Positions 1 to 10,081 of a DNA stretch of 64,000 nucleotides are shown piece after piece. The stretch comes from an uncultured delta proteobacterium. Its GTDB lineage: Bacteria > Desulfobacterota > Desulfobacteria > Desulfobacterales > SG8-13. The DNA lies in contig CAWKCK010000017.1 of the NCBI GenBank assembly GCA_963848135.1, forward strand, positions 558,001-622,000, written 5' to 3'. The notes under the pieces are model-generated. The model ran no database searches, had not been told where the DNA came from, and saw nothing but the letters and a program-made list of their open reading frames with translations. How positions within the stretch are numbered: the first letter of the stretch is position 1; each line of letters begins with the position of its first letter. The position numbers and the translations under genes were made by a program.

Positions 1-11
1 CGACACCCGCA

Positions 12-1328
12 TCATGGGCGATGGCGACCGGATTTCGAGCGGATTTTGACCGCATTAACGTGGGCGGTCAGACCCTCTGTTTCGGCCAAAAGGACGATGT
101 CAGCGGCTTCCTTATTAAACGCGGCTTCTGAGTAGTGGATGATGCTGGTTTTTTTGACAAAGTGATCGACCGATAAAGCCGAAGAGAACCGGGCGGTCCC
201 GGCGGTGGGCAACACGTGGTTGGGACCGGCAACATAATCGCCGACCGGTTCCGGTGTATAGGGACCGAGAAAGACGGCGCCGGCATTTCGAATCCGACCC
301 AGGTAGGCGAACGGCTCCTGGAGCTGCAATTCCAGGTGCTCCGGCGCGATCCGGTTGGCCAATTCAACCGCCACATCGAGACTATCGACCACCAGAATCG
401 CCCCATAACTGGCAAGGGATGCCTGGGCGATTTCTCGCCGCGCCAGGGCTTTAAGCTGGGTGCCGAGCGCCTTTGCCACCCCGGCAGCCACCTCCCGGCT
501 GTCGGTGATCAATACCGCCGAGGCCAGAATGTCGTGTTCGGCCTGGGAAAGAAGATCGGCCGCCACGTAGCCAGGGTCGGCACTGGCGTCGGCGAGCACG
601 AGGATCTCGCTGGGCCCGGCCACCATATCGATGCCGACTGTCCCGGCAACGATCTTCTTGGCCAGGGTGACATAAAGGTTTCCCGGACCGACGATCACGT
701 CGACACTTTTCACCGACTCTGTACCGTAAGTGAGCGCAGCGATGGCCCAGGCACTGCCGATTTTGTACACTTCGTTCACACCCGCTTTGCGTGCCGCCAC
801 CAGAAGGTGCGGATTGACGCGGCCATCACGGGTCGGCGGGGTGACCATGACGATCCGCTCGACACCGGCAATTTTCGCCGGGATGACACCCATTAGTACA
901 GAAGAAACCAGCGGCGTGGTCCCGCCCTTGCCGCCGGGTACATATACCCCCGAGGCCTGAACCGGATTCACCATCTGGCCGACCATGGTCCCCGGCCGAT
1001 CGGTCTGAATCCACGATTTCGGCGATTGCAGCCGGTGAAAAGACGTGATCTGATCGGCAGCGCGATTCATCGCCCTCCGGAACGATGCGTCCACCTGCCG
1101 GGCCGCACCTTTGAACTCCGCCTCAGTGACAGCCAGTTGTCCAATCGTCATGCTCGGCGCGTCAAACTGGTTGATGTATTTGATCAAAGCGCGGTCACCG
1201 TTCTTGCGGACGTCCTCCAGAATGCGGGTCACGGCAAGAATATCTTTTTTCCTGAAACTCATGCCGCGATTGACAATCGCCGTCAGTTTTCTCTCTGCGG
1301 GCGCTGACGGATAAGCGTAGATTTTCAT
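12..1328 (-). CDS. hisD: histidinol dehydrogenase
   Basis: 438 aa with HisD motifs GVYVPGG, VGPGNLYV, IDMVAGPSE, DLLSQAEHD, APEHLE, GDYVAGPNHVLPT. Confidence 0.97.
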   Translation of the reverse strand: MKIYAYPSAPAERKLTAIVNRGMSFRKKDILAVTRILEDVRKNGDRALIKYINQFDAPSMTIGQLAVTEAEFKGAARQVDASFRRAMNRAADQITSFHRLQSPKSWIQTDRPGTMVGQMVNPVQASGVYVPGGKGGTTPLVSSVLMGVIPAKIAGVERIVMVTPPTRDGRVNPHLLVAARKAGVNEVYKIGSAWAIAALTYGTESVKSVDVIVGPGNLYVTLAKKIVAGTVGIDMVAGPSEILVLADASADPGYVAADLLSQAEHDILASAVLITDSREVAAGVAKALGTQLKALARREIAQASLASYGAILVVDSLDVAVELANRIAPEHLELQLQEPFAYLGRIRNAGAVFLGPYTPEPVGDYVAGPNHVLPTAGTARFSSALSVDHFVKKTSIIHYSEAAFNKEAADIVLLAETEGLTAHVNAVKIRSKSGRHRP

Positions 1329-1544
1329 TCAGGTGCCTTTCTATGCGGGATAGGCGCTACGAGTGTACACAAGCTCCGTTTTTATTCATTCAAATCCTGT
1401 TTGTCAACGGTTCGTGCCCGGCAGCAACCCATTCGCGATCCGGTTCTATCCGCGTACTCGGCTGTGCGATCCTTCTGCTGTGTGTTACGGCTGTTTTCAT
1501 AAATAGTGTCCGTCCATAAGATGAGAGGGTGTGTGCGTAAGTAG

Positions 1545-1683
1545 AAAACCCCCCAGTTCCCCCTTTGGCAAAGGGGGAACTGGAAATGACCCGAAGCGGT
1601 TTCAACACAGCCTTTGCTTCAAGAAGGGATGCCGGTGTGTGAGCGTTCCCCCTCTTTTTTGAAAGGGTGGGCAGGGGGGATTT
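1545..1683. repeat. inverted pair of REP-like CCCCCTTT..AAAGGGGG palindromic units
   Basis: 1545-1583 aaaaccccccagttccccctttggcaaagggggaactgg; 1645-1683 on the - strand reads aaatcccccctgcccaccctttcaaaaaagagggggaac. Confidence 0.65.
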
Positions 1684-1879
1684 AAAAAATACACCACTCT
1701 GAATACTATTCTGGCACTCAGTATAGTCGTCTGCAGCACATGAGGCCCGGCCCGAAGATAATGAACATTTACCCAAAATCGGGTTGACATCCGCAAGGTG
1801 TTCGGTGCAAATAAGTAGCTCGAATATTCCCGGTTTAACCACCGCCCGCAAGAACACTTCAGATCACGTGGAGGAAAGC

Positions 1880-2968
1880 ATGACGTTAAAAAGGATTTAC
1901 AATTTCAATGCCGGCCCGGCCGCGCTGCCCCTGGAAGTGCTCGCAGAAATACAGGCCAAATTCCTCGACTACGACGGATCAGGGATGTCCATTACTGAAA
2001 TCAGCCATCGCTCCAAATGGTTCGACGACATCATCAACGATGCGGTCGCCAGAACCAAACGCCTTCTGAACATCGGGGACAATTTTCGGGTCCTCTTCCT
2101 GCAAGGTGGTGCCAGCTTGCAGTTCTGCATGATTCCGATGAACTTTTTGAAAAATGGGCAATCGGCCGACTATGTTGACACGGGTACCTGGTCCACCAAA
2201 GCCATCAAAGAAGCCCAATTATTGAAAAAGTCCGTGCGGGTCGCCGCATCTTCGTCCGACAAAAATTACGCCTACATCCCGAAGGACATACCTTTCGACC
2301 CGAATGCGGCCTACGTTCACATTACGTCAAACAACACTATCAAGGGAACCCAGTGGCAACAGTACCCGGCGACAGGTGGCGTACCGCTGGTGGCCGACAT
2401 GTCTTCCGATATCATGAGCCGTCCCTTCGAGGTTGCTCCCTTCGGTCTCTTCTATGCCGGCGCGCAAAAGAACATCGGACCGTCGGGGGTCTGCATGGTC
2501 GTTGTCCGGGAAGACATGTTGAAAAACATTCCGGATGATCTGCCCACCATGCTGAATTACAAGACCTATGCGACGAAAAATTCCATGTACAACACACCTC
2601 CCTGCTTCGGTGTGTACACCGTTCAGCTGGTCCTCAAATGGCTGGAGGAAACCATTGGCGGGCTGGAAAAGATGGCGGCCATCAACGCTGAAAAAGCCGG
2701 TAAGCTTTATACTTTCCTGGACGCGAGCGATTTCTATCGTGCAACGGCGGAACCGGACAGCCGTTCGCTGATGAACGTCACTTTCCGACTGACTTCGGAA
2801 GAACTTGAAAAGCGGTTTGTCCAAGACGCCCTGGCGCAGGACCTTGGCGGCCTCAAGGGCCACCGATCGGTGGGCGGATGCCGGGCGTCGATCTACAATG
2901 CCACCCCCATGGCGGCGGTGGAGACCCTGATAGACTTCATGAAAAACTTTGCGGCTAAAAACGGATAA
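1880..2968 (+). CDS. serC: phosphoserine aminotransferase
   Basis: YNFNAGPAALP, SHRS, FLQGGASLQF, DMSS, GAQKNIGP, GHRSVGGCRASIYNA; ATG at 1880 follows GGAGG, so the ORF-track start at 1784 is probably too long. Confidence 0.97.
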   Translation: MTLKRIYNFNAGPAALPLEVLAEIQAKFLDYDGSGMSITEISHRSKWFDDIINDAVARTKRLLNIGDNFRVLFLQGGASLQFCMIPMNFLKNGQSADYVDTGTWSTKAIKEAQLLKKSVRVAASSSDKNYAYIPKDIPFDPNAAYVHITSNNTIKGTQWQQYPATGGVPLVADMSSDIMSRPFEVAPFGLFYAGAQKNIGPSGVCMVVVREDMLKNIPDDLPTMLNYKTYATKNSMYNTPPCFGVYTVQLVLKWLEETIGGLEKMAAINAEKAGKLYTFLDASDFYRATAEPDSRSLMNVTFRLTSEELEKRFVQDALAQDLGGLKGHRSVGGCRASIYNATPMAAVETLIDFMKNFAAKNG

Positions 2969-3129
2969 ATCTTGCAGCGTTGCAGCGGTTGGCATCCAGG
3001 GTTTTACTTGACATTACCGGGGATTCCCCATAATGACAGTGGAGAAGATGAGTCATCGTTATTTACTGGATGCCCCTGTACGAACCGCACAGGGCGACCG
3101 TAACATCGTTGAGGCAAAGGAGGTTCTTC

Positions 3130-4872
3130 ATGGACAAGATACTTCGCATCGACATGGGCGCGGAGGGCGGTCCCAAGTTCAACACCACCCCCCCGGGAGA
3201 TTACGCCGGAATGGGTGGACGGGCACTGACCTCGGCCATCGTTTCGAAAGAAGTGCCGCCCCTCTGTCATCCGTTGGGTGCCGACAACAAACTGGTGATT
3301 GCCCCGGGAATGCTCAGCGGAACCACGGCTGCGATGTCCGGACGCATGTCGGTTGGGTGCAAGAGTCCGTTAACCGGTGGTATAAAAGAAGCCAATGCGG
3401 GTGGACAGGGTGCCCAGGTGCTGGCCCGCCTCGGATATGCCGCCATCGTCCTGGAAGGCAAGCCGGCCGATGACACGCTTTACAAGGTGTTCATCAACAA
3501 GGACGGGGTCAAGATAAGCCCGGATGAGAGCCTGAAAATGCTGGGCAACTATGACCTGGTGGACAAGATGAAGGCAGAATTCGGGGATAAGATTACGACC
3601 ATCTCAATCGGGCAGGCCGGTGAAATGAAAATGGCGTCCGCCTCGATAGCCTTCTCCGACATGGAGTTACGCCCCACCCGCCATGCCGGACGCGGCGGTG
3701 TCGGCGCCGTTATGGGCTCAAAGGGTGTCAAGACAATCGTGCTCGACGATACCGGCATGACCATGCGGGCGCCCAAGGACCCGGATAAATTCAAGGAAGC
3801 CAATAAAAGTTGGGTGGCGGGATTGAAAAAACACCCGGTTACAGGCGAAGGGCTACCGACATACGGCACGAACGTTCTGACCAACGTTATCAACGAGGCC
3901 GGCGCGTATCCCACGAAAAACTTTATGTGGGGACGCTTCGACGGCTGTTCAAAGATCAGCGGTGAAACCCAGGCTGAAACCGAAAACGCCCGTGGGGGTA
4001 AAGGATCCGCCACCCATGGCTGCCATCGGGGCTGCATCATCCGCTGTTCAGGTACCTATTATAACAAAGACGGTCACTATCTGACGAAGCAACCGGAGTA
4101 CGAAACCGTATGGGCCCACGGCGGCAACTGCGGCATCGATGATCTGGACGCCATTGCCATGATGGACCGACTGGATGATGACTTTGGTGTCGACACCATC
4201 GAAATGGGCGCCACCATCGCCGTGGCAATGGAAGCCGGTGTCGCAAAGTTCGGCGATGCGGACGCCGCCATCAAACTGATAAAAGAGGTCGGCCAGGGGA
4301 CGCCGTTGGGTCGCATCCTCGGCAATGGCGCCGAGGTCACCGGTAAAGTCTTCGGTGTCGAGAGGGTTCCGACGGTCAAAGGCCAGGCCATGCCGGCATA
4401 CGACCCGCGCGGTATCCAGGGTATGGGTGTCACGTATGCCACCAGCACCCAGGGAGCGGACCACACCGCCGGATACGCCGTTGCAACCAACATAATGGGC
4501 GTAGGGGGCAGCGTCGATCCCCTGACCCCCGAAGGTCAGGTGGAACTCTCCCGGAACCTGCAGATCGCCACGGCGGCCGTCGATGCCACCGGGATGTGCC
4601 TTTTCATCGCCTTTGCCGTGCTGGATCAGCCGGAGACCTTTCAGGCTTTGATCGACATGCTCAATGCCTTCTACGGTCTCGAACTGACCGGGGACGACGT
4701 GACCGCACTGGGCAAGAGTGTGCTCTCCAACGAAAGAGACTTCAATGCCCGGGCCGGATTTACGTCCAAGCAAGACCGGCTGCCGGAGTACTTCTTGAAT
4801 GAAAAACTGCCGCCGCACAATGTCACCTTTATGGTCAAAGACGAGGAGCTGGACCAGGTGTTTAACTGGTAG
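3130..4872 (+). CDS. aor: aldehyde:ferredoxin oxidoreductase (W/Mo-bis-pterin AFOR family)
   Basis: KSPLTGGIKEANAGG, AGRGGVGAVMGSKGVK, GCHRGCIIRC, EYET, DDFGVDTI, PAYDPRG; ATG at 3130 after AGGAGG. Confidence 0.93.
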   Translation: MDKILRIDMGAEGGPKFNTTPPGDYAGMGGRALTSAIVSKEVPPLCHPLGADNKLVIAPGMLSGTTAAMSGRMSVGCKSPLTGGIKEANAGGQGAQVLARLGYAAIVLEGKPADDTLYKVFINKDGVKISPDESLKMLGNYDLVDKMKAEFGDKITTISIGQAGEMKMASASIAFSDMELRPTRHAGRGGVGAVMGSKGVKTIVLDDTGMTMRAPKDPDKFKEANKSWVAGLKKHPVTGEGLPTYGTNVLTNVINEAGAYPTKNFMWGRFDGCSKISGETQAETENARGGKGSATHGCHRGCIIRCSGTYYNKDGHYLTKQPEYETVWAHGGNCGIDDLDAIAMMDRLDDDFGVDTIEMGATIAVAMEAGVAKFGDADAAIKLIKEVGQGTPLGRILGNGAEVTGKVFGVERVPTVKGQAMPAYDPRGIQGMGVTYATSTQGADHTAGYAVATNIMGVGGSVDPLTPEGQVELSRNLQIATAAVDATGMCLFIAFAVLDQPETFQALIDMLNAFYGLELTGDDVTALGKSVLSNERDFNARAGFTSKQDRLPEYFLNEKLPPHNVTFMVKDEELDQVFNW

Positions 4873-4900
4873 TTCTTCCGATTCGATACATTAAGCAAGT

Positions 4901-4943
4901 AAAAATGGGGAACGCCGCACTCGGGTTCCCCATTTTGGTTTTT
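4901..4943 (+). terminator. intrinsic terminator after aor
   Basis: aaaatggggaac-loop-gttccccatttt followed by a T-rich tail. Confidence 0.75.
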
Positions 4944-4975
4944 ACTCACCGGGTTGTCCGGATGATCTTTCATCA

Positions 4976-4991
4976 TTTGAGATAACTTCTA
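4976..4991. repeat. solo terminal repeat of the MITE-like element at 55871-56083
   Basis: tttgagataacttcta is the exact reverse complement of 55871-55886. Confidence 0.6.
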
Positions 4992-5079
4992 ATCAACGGA
5001 CAATTTAAGCGCCCTGCCCGCTTTCAACCCGGTGGGGAAACTGATCATAGCGATAAAACGATAAGGAGCGCTTCCGATC

Positions 5080-5688
5080 ATGCAGGATGGCAACCCCGTA
5101 AGAAATCTAAACTTGGAGATGGACCCGGATATGATTGCCGGATGTTTTACCGCGTTGTATTCCAAAGGAGTTGTCATCAGGGCCTCCGTGGCATGCACCC
5201 TTAAAGAGCTGCTGTGCGAGCAGGTCGGCATGGCACCGGATTATCTGGAAAAAAGAATTCAGACCGTTTTTCTCAACGGGCAGCCCGTTGATGACCTCGA
5301 TCAAGCCATCGTGGGAAATGGGGCAACCATTGCCCTGTCGGCCGCCATGCCCGGTCTTGTTGGCGCCGTGTTGCGCAAAGGGGGTACATTTGCCGGACTC
5401 CGTAAAAGCATCACATATCATTGCGATGCAAACGGCCAGGCGACATGTTCCGGCAGCGTTACGGTGAAGTTGTTCAATATGACCACCAGGGAAGTCGGGC
5501 CGCTACTCCTGTCCCACGGAATTTTAATCGAGGGTGATGAACTTCTGGATATATTCAGAAAATGGGCGGAAGAATTGCGCCAGGGGTGCAGGGGAATTCG
5601 CCTCGCCGACCGCTCGATAAGCCTCGATGCACTAATGACGGCCGCCGCCTCAAACGACACGTTTCTTTTGCAGGTCGACAGCGGCTAA
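5080..5688 (+). CDS. hypothetical protein with internal MoaD/ThiS-like (beta-grasp) segment
   Basis: 202-aa ORF; TVFLNGQPVDDLDQAIVGNGATIALSAAMPG resembles the C-terminal half of sulfur carriers; lies between aor and moaD. Confidence 0.7.
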   Translation: MQDGNPVRNLNLEMDPDMIAGCFTALYSKGVVIRASVACTLKELLCEQVGMAPDYLEKRIQTVFLNGQPVDDLDQAIVGNGATIALSAAMPGLVGAVLRKGGTFAGLRKSITYHCDANGQATCSGSVTVKLFNMTTREVGPLLLSHGILIEGDELLDIFRKWAEELRQGCRGIRLADRSISLDALMTAAASNDTFLLQVDSG

Positions 5689-5716
5689 AGAATCATTGCA
5701 GATTAAAATTCAGCAT

Positions 5717-5956
5717 CTAACCACCGCCCACCGGGGGGAAAATCCCCAGCCGGCAGCCTTCCTTGAGTACCGTTTTTCGGTCGGCGTGGATACCGTCAAC
5801 AAACATGAGTTTGACCTGGTCTTCGGGAACACACAATTGGAGCATCAGTGCCTCTATCGTCATTCCTTCGGTAACATCCATGATCCCGCCGGCCGCTTTC
5901 ACCTTCGGAGGCAGATACCGGGCCAGATTCGCATACAGATTGATTTCGACTTTCAT
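5717..5956 (-). CDS. MoaD/ThiS family sulfur-carrier protein
   Basis: 79 aa, starts MKVEINLYANL and ends LKEGCRLGIFPPVGGG (C-terminal Gly-Gly). Confidence 0.9.
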   Translation of the reverse strand: MKVEINLYANLARYLPPKVKAAGGIMDVTEGMTIEALMLQLCVPEDQVKLMFVDGIHADRKTVLKEGCRLGIFPPVGGG

Positions 5957-6193
5957 GGCGTCATCACTCTCGGGCGTTCAATCAACTAATATTTTCGATT
6001 TTCGCCTACAAATGTAACATAGATCTAATTTGAACGATTGTCGAGACTTGTCCGCCGCAGACGGTTTTGCCAAAAAATATACCGCTTGTCAAAAATACAT
6101 TCCAAAATACGGAATGGCGATATACATGGTTGGTGAAAGAAACGTTCAAAAACAGCACGCTTTTTTTGGCAACCACCCTATAAGGAAAAACCA

Positions 6194-7066
6194 ATGGGAA
6201 AAGGTACAAACGGGCACCTTAAAAATTTGGTGCGGTCACAATCATATCCAATGACCGACCCGGCCGCGCGCCCGATTCGAGTTCTGGAGGAAGCGGCGGC
6301 GCAAAAAATCGCCGACCGCTATGGTTGCAACCTGGTCGACATATACACCGCCGCACTCGAACAGGGCATCTGGCCTTATCGCTACTTGCGCAATCGGGAT
6401 ATACTCTCGGAATCAGATCAGTTGCAGCTGGCCAAATCCAGTGTGGCCGTCATCGGCGCGGGTGGGTTGGGTGGCACGGTCATACTATTGTTGGCCAGGA
6501 TGGGCATCGGGTCATTGACAGTCGTGGACGGCGATGTTTTCGATGAAACCAATTTGAATCGACAGGCCCTCTCGGAAATATCGAATCTCGGATCTTCCAA
6601 AGCGGAAGAAGCGGGCAAGACGGTAGGTGACATCAACCCCGCCGTTAAAGTGACCATTTACCGGACTGTTATGGAAGCATCCAATATCGAAACGGTTTTA
6701 TTCGGGGCTCAGGTGGTGGTTGATGCGTTGGACAATATCCCGGATCGATTGATGCTCGGAAAGACCGCCCAAAATCTCAACCTGCCCCTGGTCCATGGCG
6801 CCCTGGCCGGTTTCGATGGACAGGTGATGACCGTATTTCCCGGGGACCAGGGATTGGAGCGAATATACGGAAATGCTGAAATCCGTAAAGGCGCCCCTGA
6901 TCGACCGGAAGCGGTCATGGGTGTCCCGGCGCTCACACCGTCCATCGTGGCCACACTGCAGGCGATGGAGGTGATCAAGATCCTGCTCAACAGAGGCCAG
7001 GCTCTCCGCAACCGGATGCTGCATGTTGATCTTGAGGGCGGCCGGTTCGACAGTTTTGAGTTCTGA
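6194..7066 (+). CDS. ThiF/MoeB/HesA family adenylyltransferase (E1-like)
   Basis: GAGGLG, VDGDVFDETNLNRQ, VVDALDN; true start may be 6251. Confidence 0.9.
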   Translation: MGKGTNGHLKNLVRSQSYPMTDPAARPIRVLEEAAAQKIADRYGCNLVDIYTAALEQGIWPYRYLRNRDILSESDQLQLAKSSVAVIGAGGLGGTVILLLARMGIGSLTVVDGDVFDETNLNRQALSEISNLGSSKAEEAGKTVGDINPAVKVTIYRTVMEASNIETVLFGAQVVVDALDNIPDRLMLGKTAQNLNLPLVHGALAGFDGQVMTVFPGDQGLERIYGNAEIRKGAPDRPEAVMGVPALTPSIVATLQAMEVIKILLNRGQALRNRMLHVDLEGGRFDSFEF

Positions 7067-7272
7067 AAACAGATCCCCTCGCGATAATTTGGTTCAATGC
7101 GCTCCGGCAAAGCAGGGTGGGCACAGATAATTATTATTCGGACGACCGCCGATCTTTTCCCCGCTTGACTCACCTGCCTCATTTTTCTATACAAGTCGAT
7201 TCAAGTGTCTTCCAACCCGAAAGAGGTCAGGCTGGAGAGGTGATTCAATTTTTTAACATTTAGGAGGATTAA

Positions 7273-8238
7273 ATGAAAAACCGCGTAACTCTTTTGTGTA
7301 TCTTGCTGACGGCTGTTGCCATAACCATGGCGCATGCCCAATCCTACCGTATTTCAGTCAGCCAGTTCGTGGAACATCCGGCGTTGAATGCCGTCTTAAG
7401 CGGATTTCAGGACTATATGGTCGAAAAAAACGTCGACGTTCAGTTCACCGTCCACAATGCCCAGGCTAATATGGCCACTGCCAATCAGATCGGGCACCAG
7501 ATTATGGGCGAAAAACCGGACATGATACTGGCCATCGCCACACCCTCCGCCCAGGCTTGCGCCCAGGCCCTGAAAAAATCGCCCCATATGCTCAAGACCC
7601 CCATGCTGTTCACGGCGGTCACCGATCCGGTCAGCGCCGGCCTGGTCAAGGATCTGCAGCAACCCGGCGCTAACATAACCGGAGTTTCCGATATGCTGCC
7701 GGTCGATCGTCACCTGATGATGGTCAAAGAATTTCTCCCCCAGCTCAAACGGCTGGGTTTTCTTTACAACGCCGGCGAGGTCAACTCTAAAATTTTGGTG
7801 CCGTTGTTCCAGGCCGAAGGGAAAAAACTCAACATAGAGATCGTCGAAGCCACCGTGTCAAAATCGAGCGATGTTTATCAGGCCGTTAAGAGCCTGGTGG
7901 GTAATGTCGATGCCGTTTTTATCCCGACCGACAATACCGTGGTCTCCGCGCTGGAATCGGCAATCAAGGTTTGTGAACAAAATAAGCTGCCGCTGTTCAA
8001 TGCCGATGTGGATTCGGTGAAACGGGGATCCATTGCCGCCATGGGGTTCGACTATTATCAGCACGGTTATCAGACCGGTGCCCTGGCACAACGCATTATG
8101 CAAGGCGCCGACCCGGCAACGACGGCGGTGGAATTCCAGGAAAAGCTGCAGCTGCACATCAATGCTTCGGCCGCTCAAAAGATGGGGGTCGCCATTCCCG
8201 CAGCTCTCCGTGCCAAAGCGGACATGATCTACGAATAA
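7273..8238 (+). CDS. ABC transporter substrate-binding protein (ABC_sub_bind, aromatic amino acid-type)
   Basis: signal peptide, QFVEHPAL, IATPSAQA, FTAVTDPV, NITGVSD, PTDNTV; AGGAGG RBS. Confidence 0.9.
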   Translation: MKNRVTLLCILLTAVAITMAHAQSYRISVSQFVEHPALNAVLSGFQDYMVEKNVDVQFTVHNAQANMATANQIGHQIMGEKPDMILAIATPSAQACAQALKKSPHMLKTPMLFTAVTDPVSAGLVKDLQQPGANITGVSDMLPVDRHLMMVKEFLPQLKRLGFLYNAGEVNSKILVPLFQAEGKKLNIEIVEATVSKSSDVYQAVKSLVGNVDAVFIPTDNTVVSALESAIKVCEQNKLPLFNADVDSVKRGSIAAMGFDYYQHGYQTGALAQRIMQGADPATTAVEFQEKLQLHINASAAQKMGVAIPAALRAKADMIYE

Positions 8239-8304
8239 AACCTAACTTCTTTTTATTGCTGGTATAAAGCGGAATTTTTCGTTTAAGGAGAACCTCTACA
8301 CATA

Positions 8305-9201
8305 ATGACTTGGTATGCCTTTATCGGCGCCCTGGAGCAGGGTCTGGTCTATGGAATCATGGTCCTGGGTGTCTATCTGACTTTCCGTGTCCTTGATTTT
8401 CCGGATCTGACCGTAGACGGCAGTCTGCCGCTGGGAGCGGCTGTGTCCGCCGTGGCCATCACCCACGGTGTGAACCCGTTTGTGTCCCTGGTCCTGGCCG
8501 GAATTGCCGGATTCATCGCCGGTACGGTAACGGCCCTGCTCAATACCAAGCTTAAAATTCTGCACCTGCTGGCATCGATCCTGACCATGATCGCGCTCTA
8601 TTCAATCAATATCCGTATCATGGACGGCCCCAATATTTCCCTGTTGGGGGTTGCCACGGTGTTGGATCCCATGATGTCGCTGGGCATTGCCGGTTATGTT
8701 GTCGCACCCGTTTTATACGGCATTTTCGCCGTAAGCATCACCGCCGGGATCGTATGGTTTCTACATACTGAGTTCGGCCAAGCCATGCTGGCCACCGGAG
8801 ACAACCCACAAATGATTACCAGCCTGGGCGTCAATACGCATCAGGTCATCTTTTTCGGCGTGGGGTTGTCCAATGCTCTGGTGGCCATAAGCGGTGCACT
8901 GGTGGCACAGAATCAGGGGGCGTCCGATGTCAACATGGGCATCGGCACCATTATCGCCGGTTTGGCCTCGGTAATTCTAGGCGAAACTGTTTTCGGCAAG
9001 ACAGGTGTGGTGAGGGCGTGTGTGGCTGTGCTTCTGGGCTCGGTGCTGTATCGGCTGGCCATAGCCATGGCTCTGGGAGTGAAACTGGGCCGGTTTGCCT
9101 TCACCCCCAGCGACCTGAATCTGATAACCGCCATGCTGGTGGTGGCGGCGTTGATGGCGCCCAGCATCAAACGTAAATTCGGCAATAGAAAACCCGTATG
9201 A
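8305..9201 (+). CDS. ABC transporter permease
   Basis: LTFRVLDFPDLTVDGS; multiple hydrophobic helices; operon context. Confidence 0.9.
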   Translation: MTWYAFIGALEQGLVYGIMVLGVYLTFRVLDFPDLTVDGSLPLGAAVSAVAITHGVNPFVSLVLAGIAGFIAGTVTALLNTKLKILHLLASILTMIALYSINIRIMDGPNISLLGVATVLDPMMSLGIAGYVVAPVLYGIFAVSITAGIVWFLHTEFGQAMLATGDNPQMITSLGVNTHQVIFFGVGLSNALVAISGALVAQNQGASDVNMGIGTIIAGLASVILGETVFGKTGVVRACVAVLLGSVLYRLAIAMALGVKLGRFAFTPSDLNLITAMLVVAALMAPSIKRKFGNRKPV

Positions 9202-9992
9202 TCCGACTGGAGCGTTTCACAAAATACTTTCACAGGGGCAGCATCAACCAGGTACTGGCCTTGGACCAGATCGATCTACAGGTTGCAGAAGGCGATTTTA
9301 TCACCATCATCGGCTCCAACGGCGCCGGCAAATCGACCCTGCTCAACAGCCTGGCCGGGACCTATCCGGCTGATGATGGTCAGCTTCTGCTGCACGGCGA
9401 AGATATCGCTGATTGGCCCGAGTACCGGCGCGCCCGGTTTATCAGCCGGGTGTTTCAGGACCCATTGATGGGTACCTGTGCGACACTGACCATCGAACAG
9501 AATTTGGCCTTGGCCTTGCGCCGGGGGGCACAACGGGGCCTGGCTATCGGTGTCAAAAGGTCGGACCGGCATGTCTTTCGCGAAAAACTTCACCGTCTGG
9601 GATTAGGGTTGGAATCCCGCCTCGGGGATAGAGTGGGGCTGCTTTCCGGTGGTCAGCGTCAGGCGCTCACCATGTTGATGGCCACTCTGGTGCCACCTCA
9701 AGTATTGCTTCTCGATGAGCACACCGCGGCCCTGGATCCTAAAACCGCCCGGCAGATATTGGATCTGACCCGGAGCATCATTGCCGAACAACATCTGACG
9801 ACCCTGATGGTCACCCACAACATGCGCCAGGCCCTGCAGATGGGCAACCGCCTGATCATGCTACACAGAGGTAGAATCATCCTCGATATTCAAGGAGAGG
9901 AGAAAAACGCTCTCAGCCAGGAAGACCTGGTGGCGCGTTTTTATGATATCCAAAAAGAAGTCGTGGCCACAGACCGTATGCTATTGGGATAA
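9198..9992 (+). CDS. ABC transporter ATP-binding protein
   Basis: Walker A GSNGAGKS, LSGGQRQ, LLLDEHTAALDP; ATGA overlap with the permease. Confidence 0.93.
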   Translation: MIRLERFTKYFHRGSINQVLALDQIDLQVAEGDFITIIGSNGAGKSTLLNSLAGTYPADDGQLLLHGEDIADWPEYRRARFISRVFQDPLMGTCATLTIEQNLALALRRGAQRGLAIGVKRSDRHVFREKLHRLGLGLESRLGDRVGLLSGGQRQALTMLMATLVPPQVLLLDEHTAALDPKTARQILDLTRSIIAEQHLTTLMVTHNMRQALQMGNRLIMLHRGRIILDIQGEEKNALSQEDLVARFYDIQKEVVATDRMLLG

Positions 9993-10081
9993 TGGCCCGA
10001 TGTGAAAATGACGGACAACCCGTTATGGGCTCACAGACAGGGCCTGAACGGGTTTGGTGCGCTTGGGGGACCGGCGCCGAA

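Noticed and set aside
1390..1857. 155-aa ORF between hisD and serC
   Set aside because: No recognisable domain; the PFAKGGTGG and SPLPTLSKK segments are translations of the REP-like repeats
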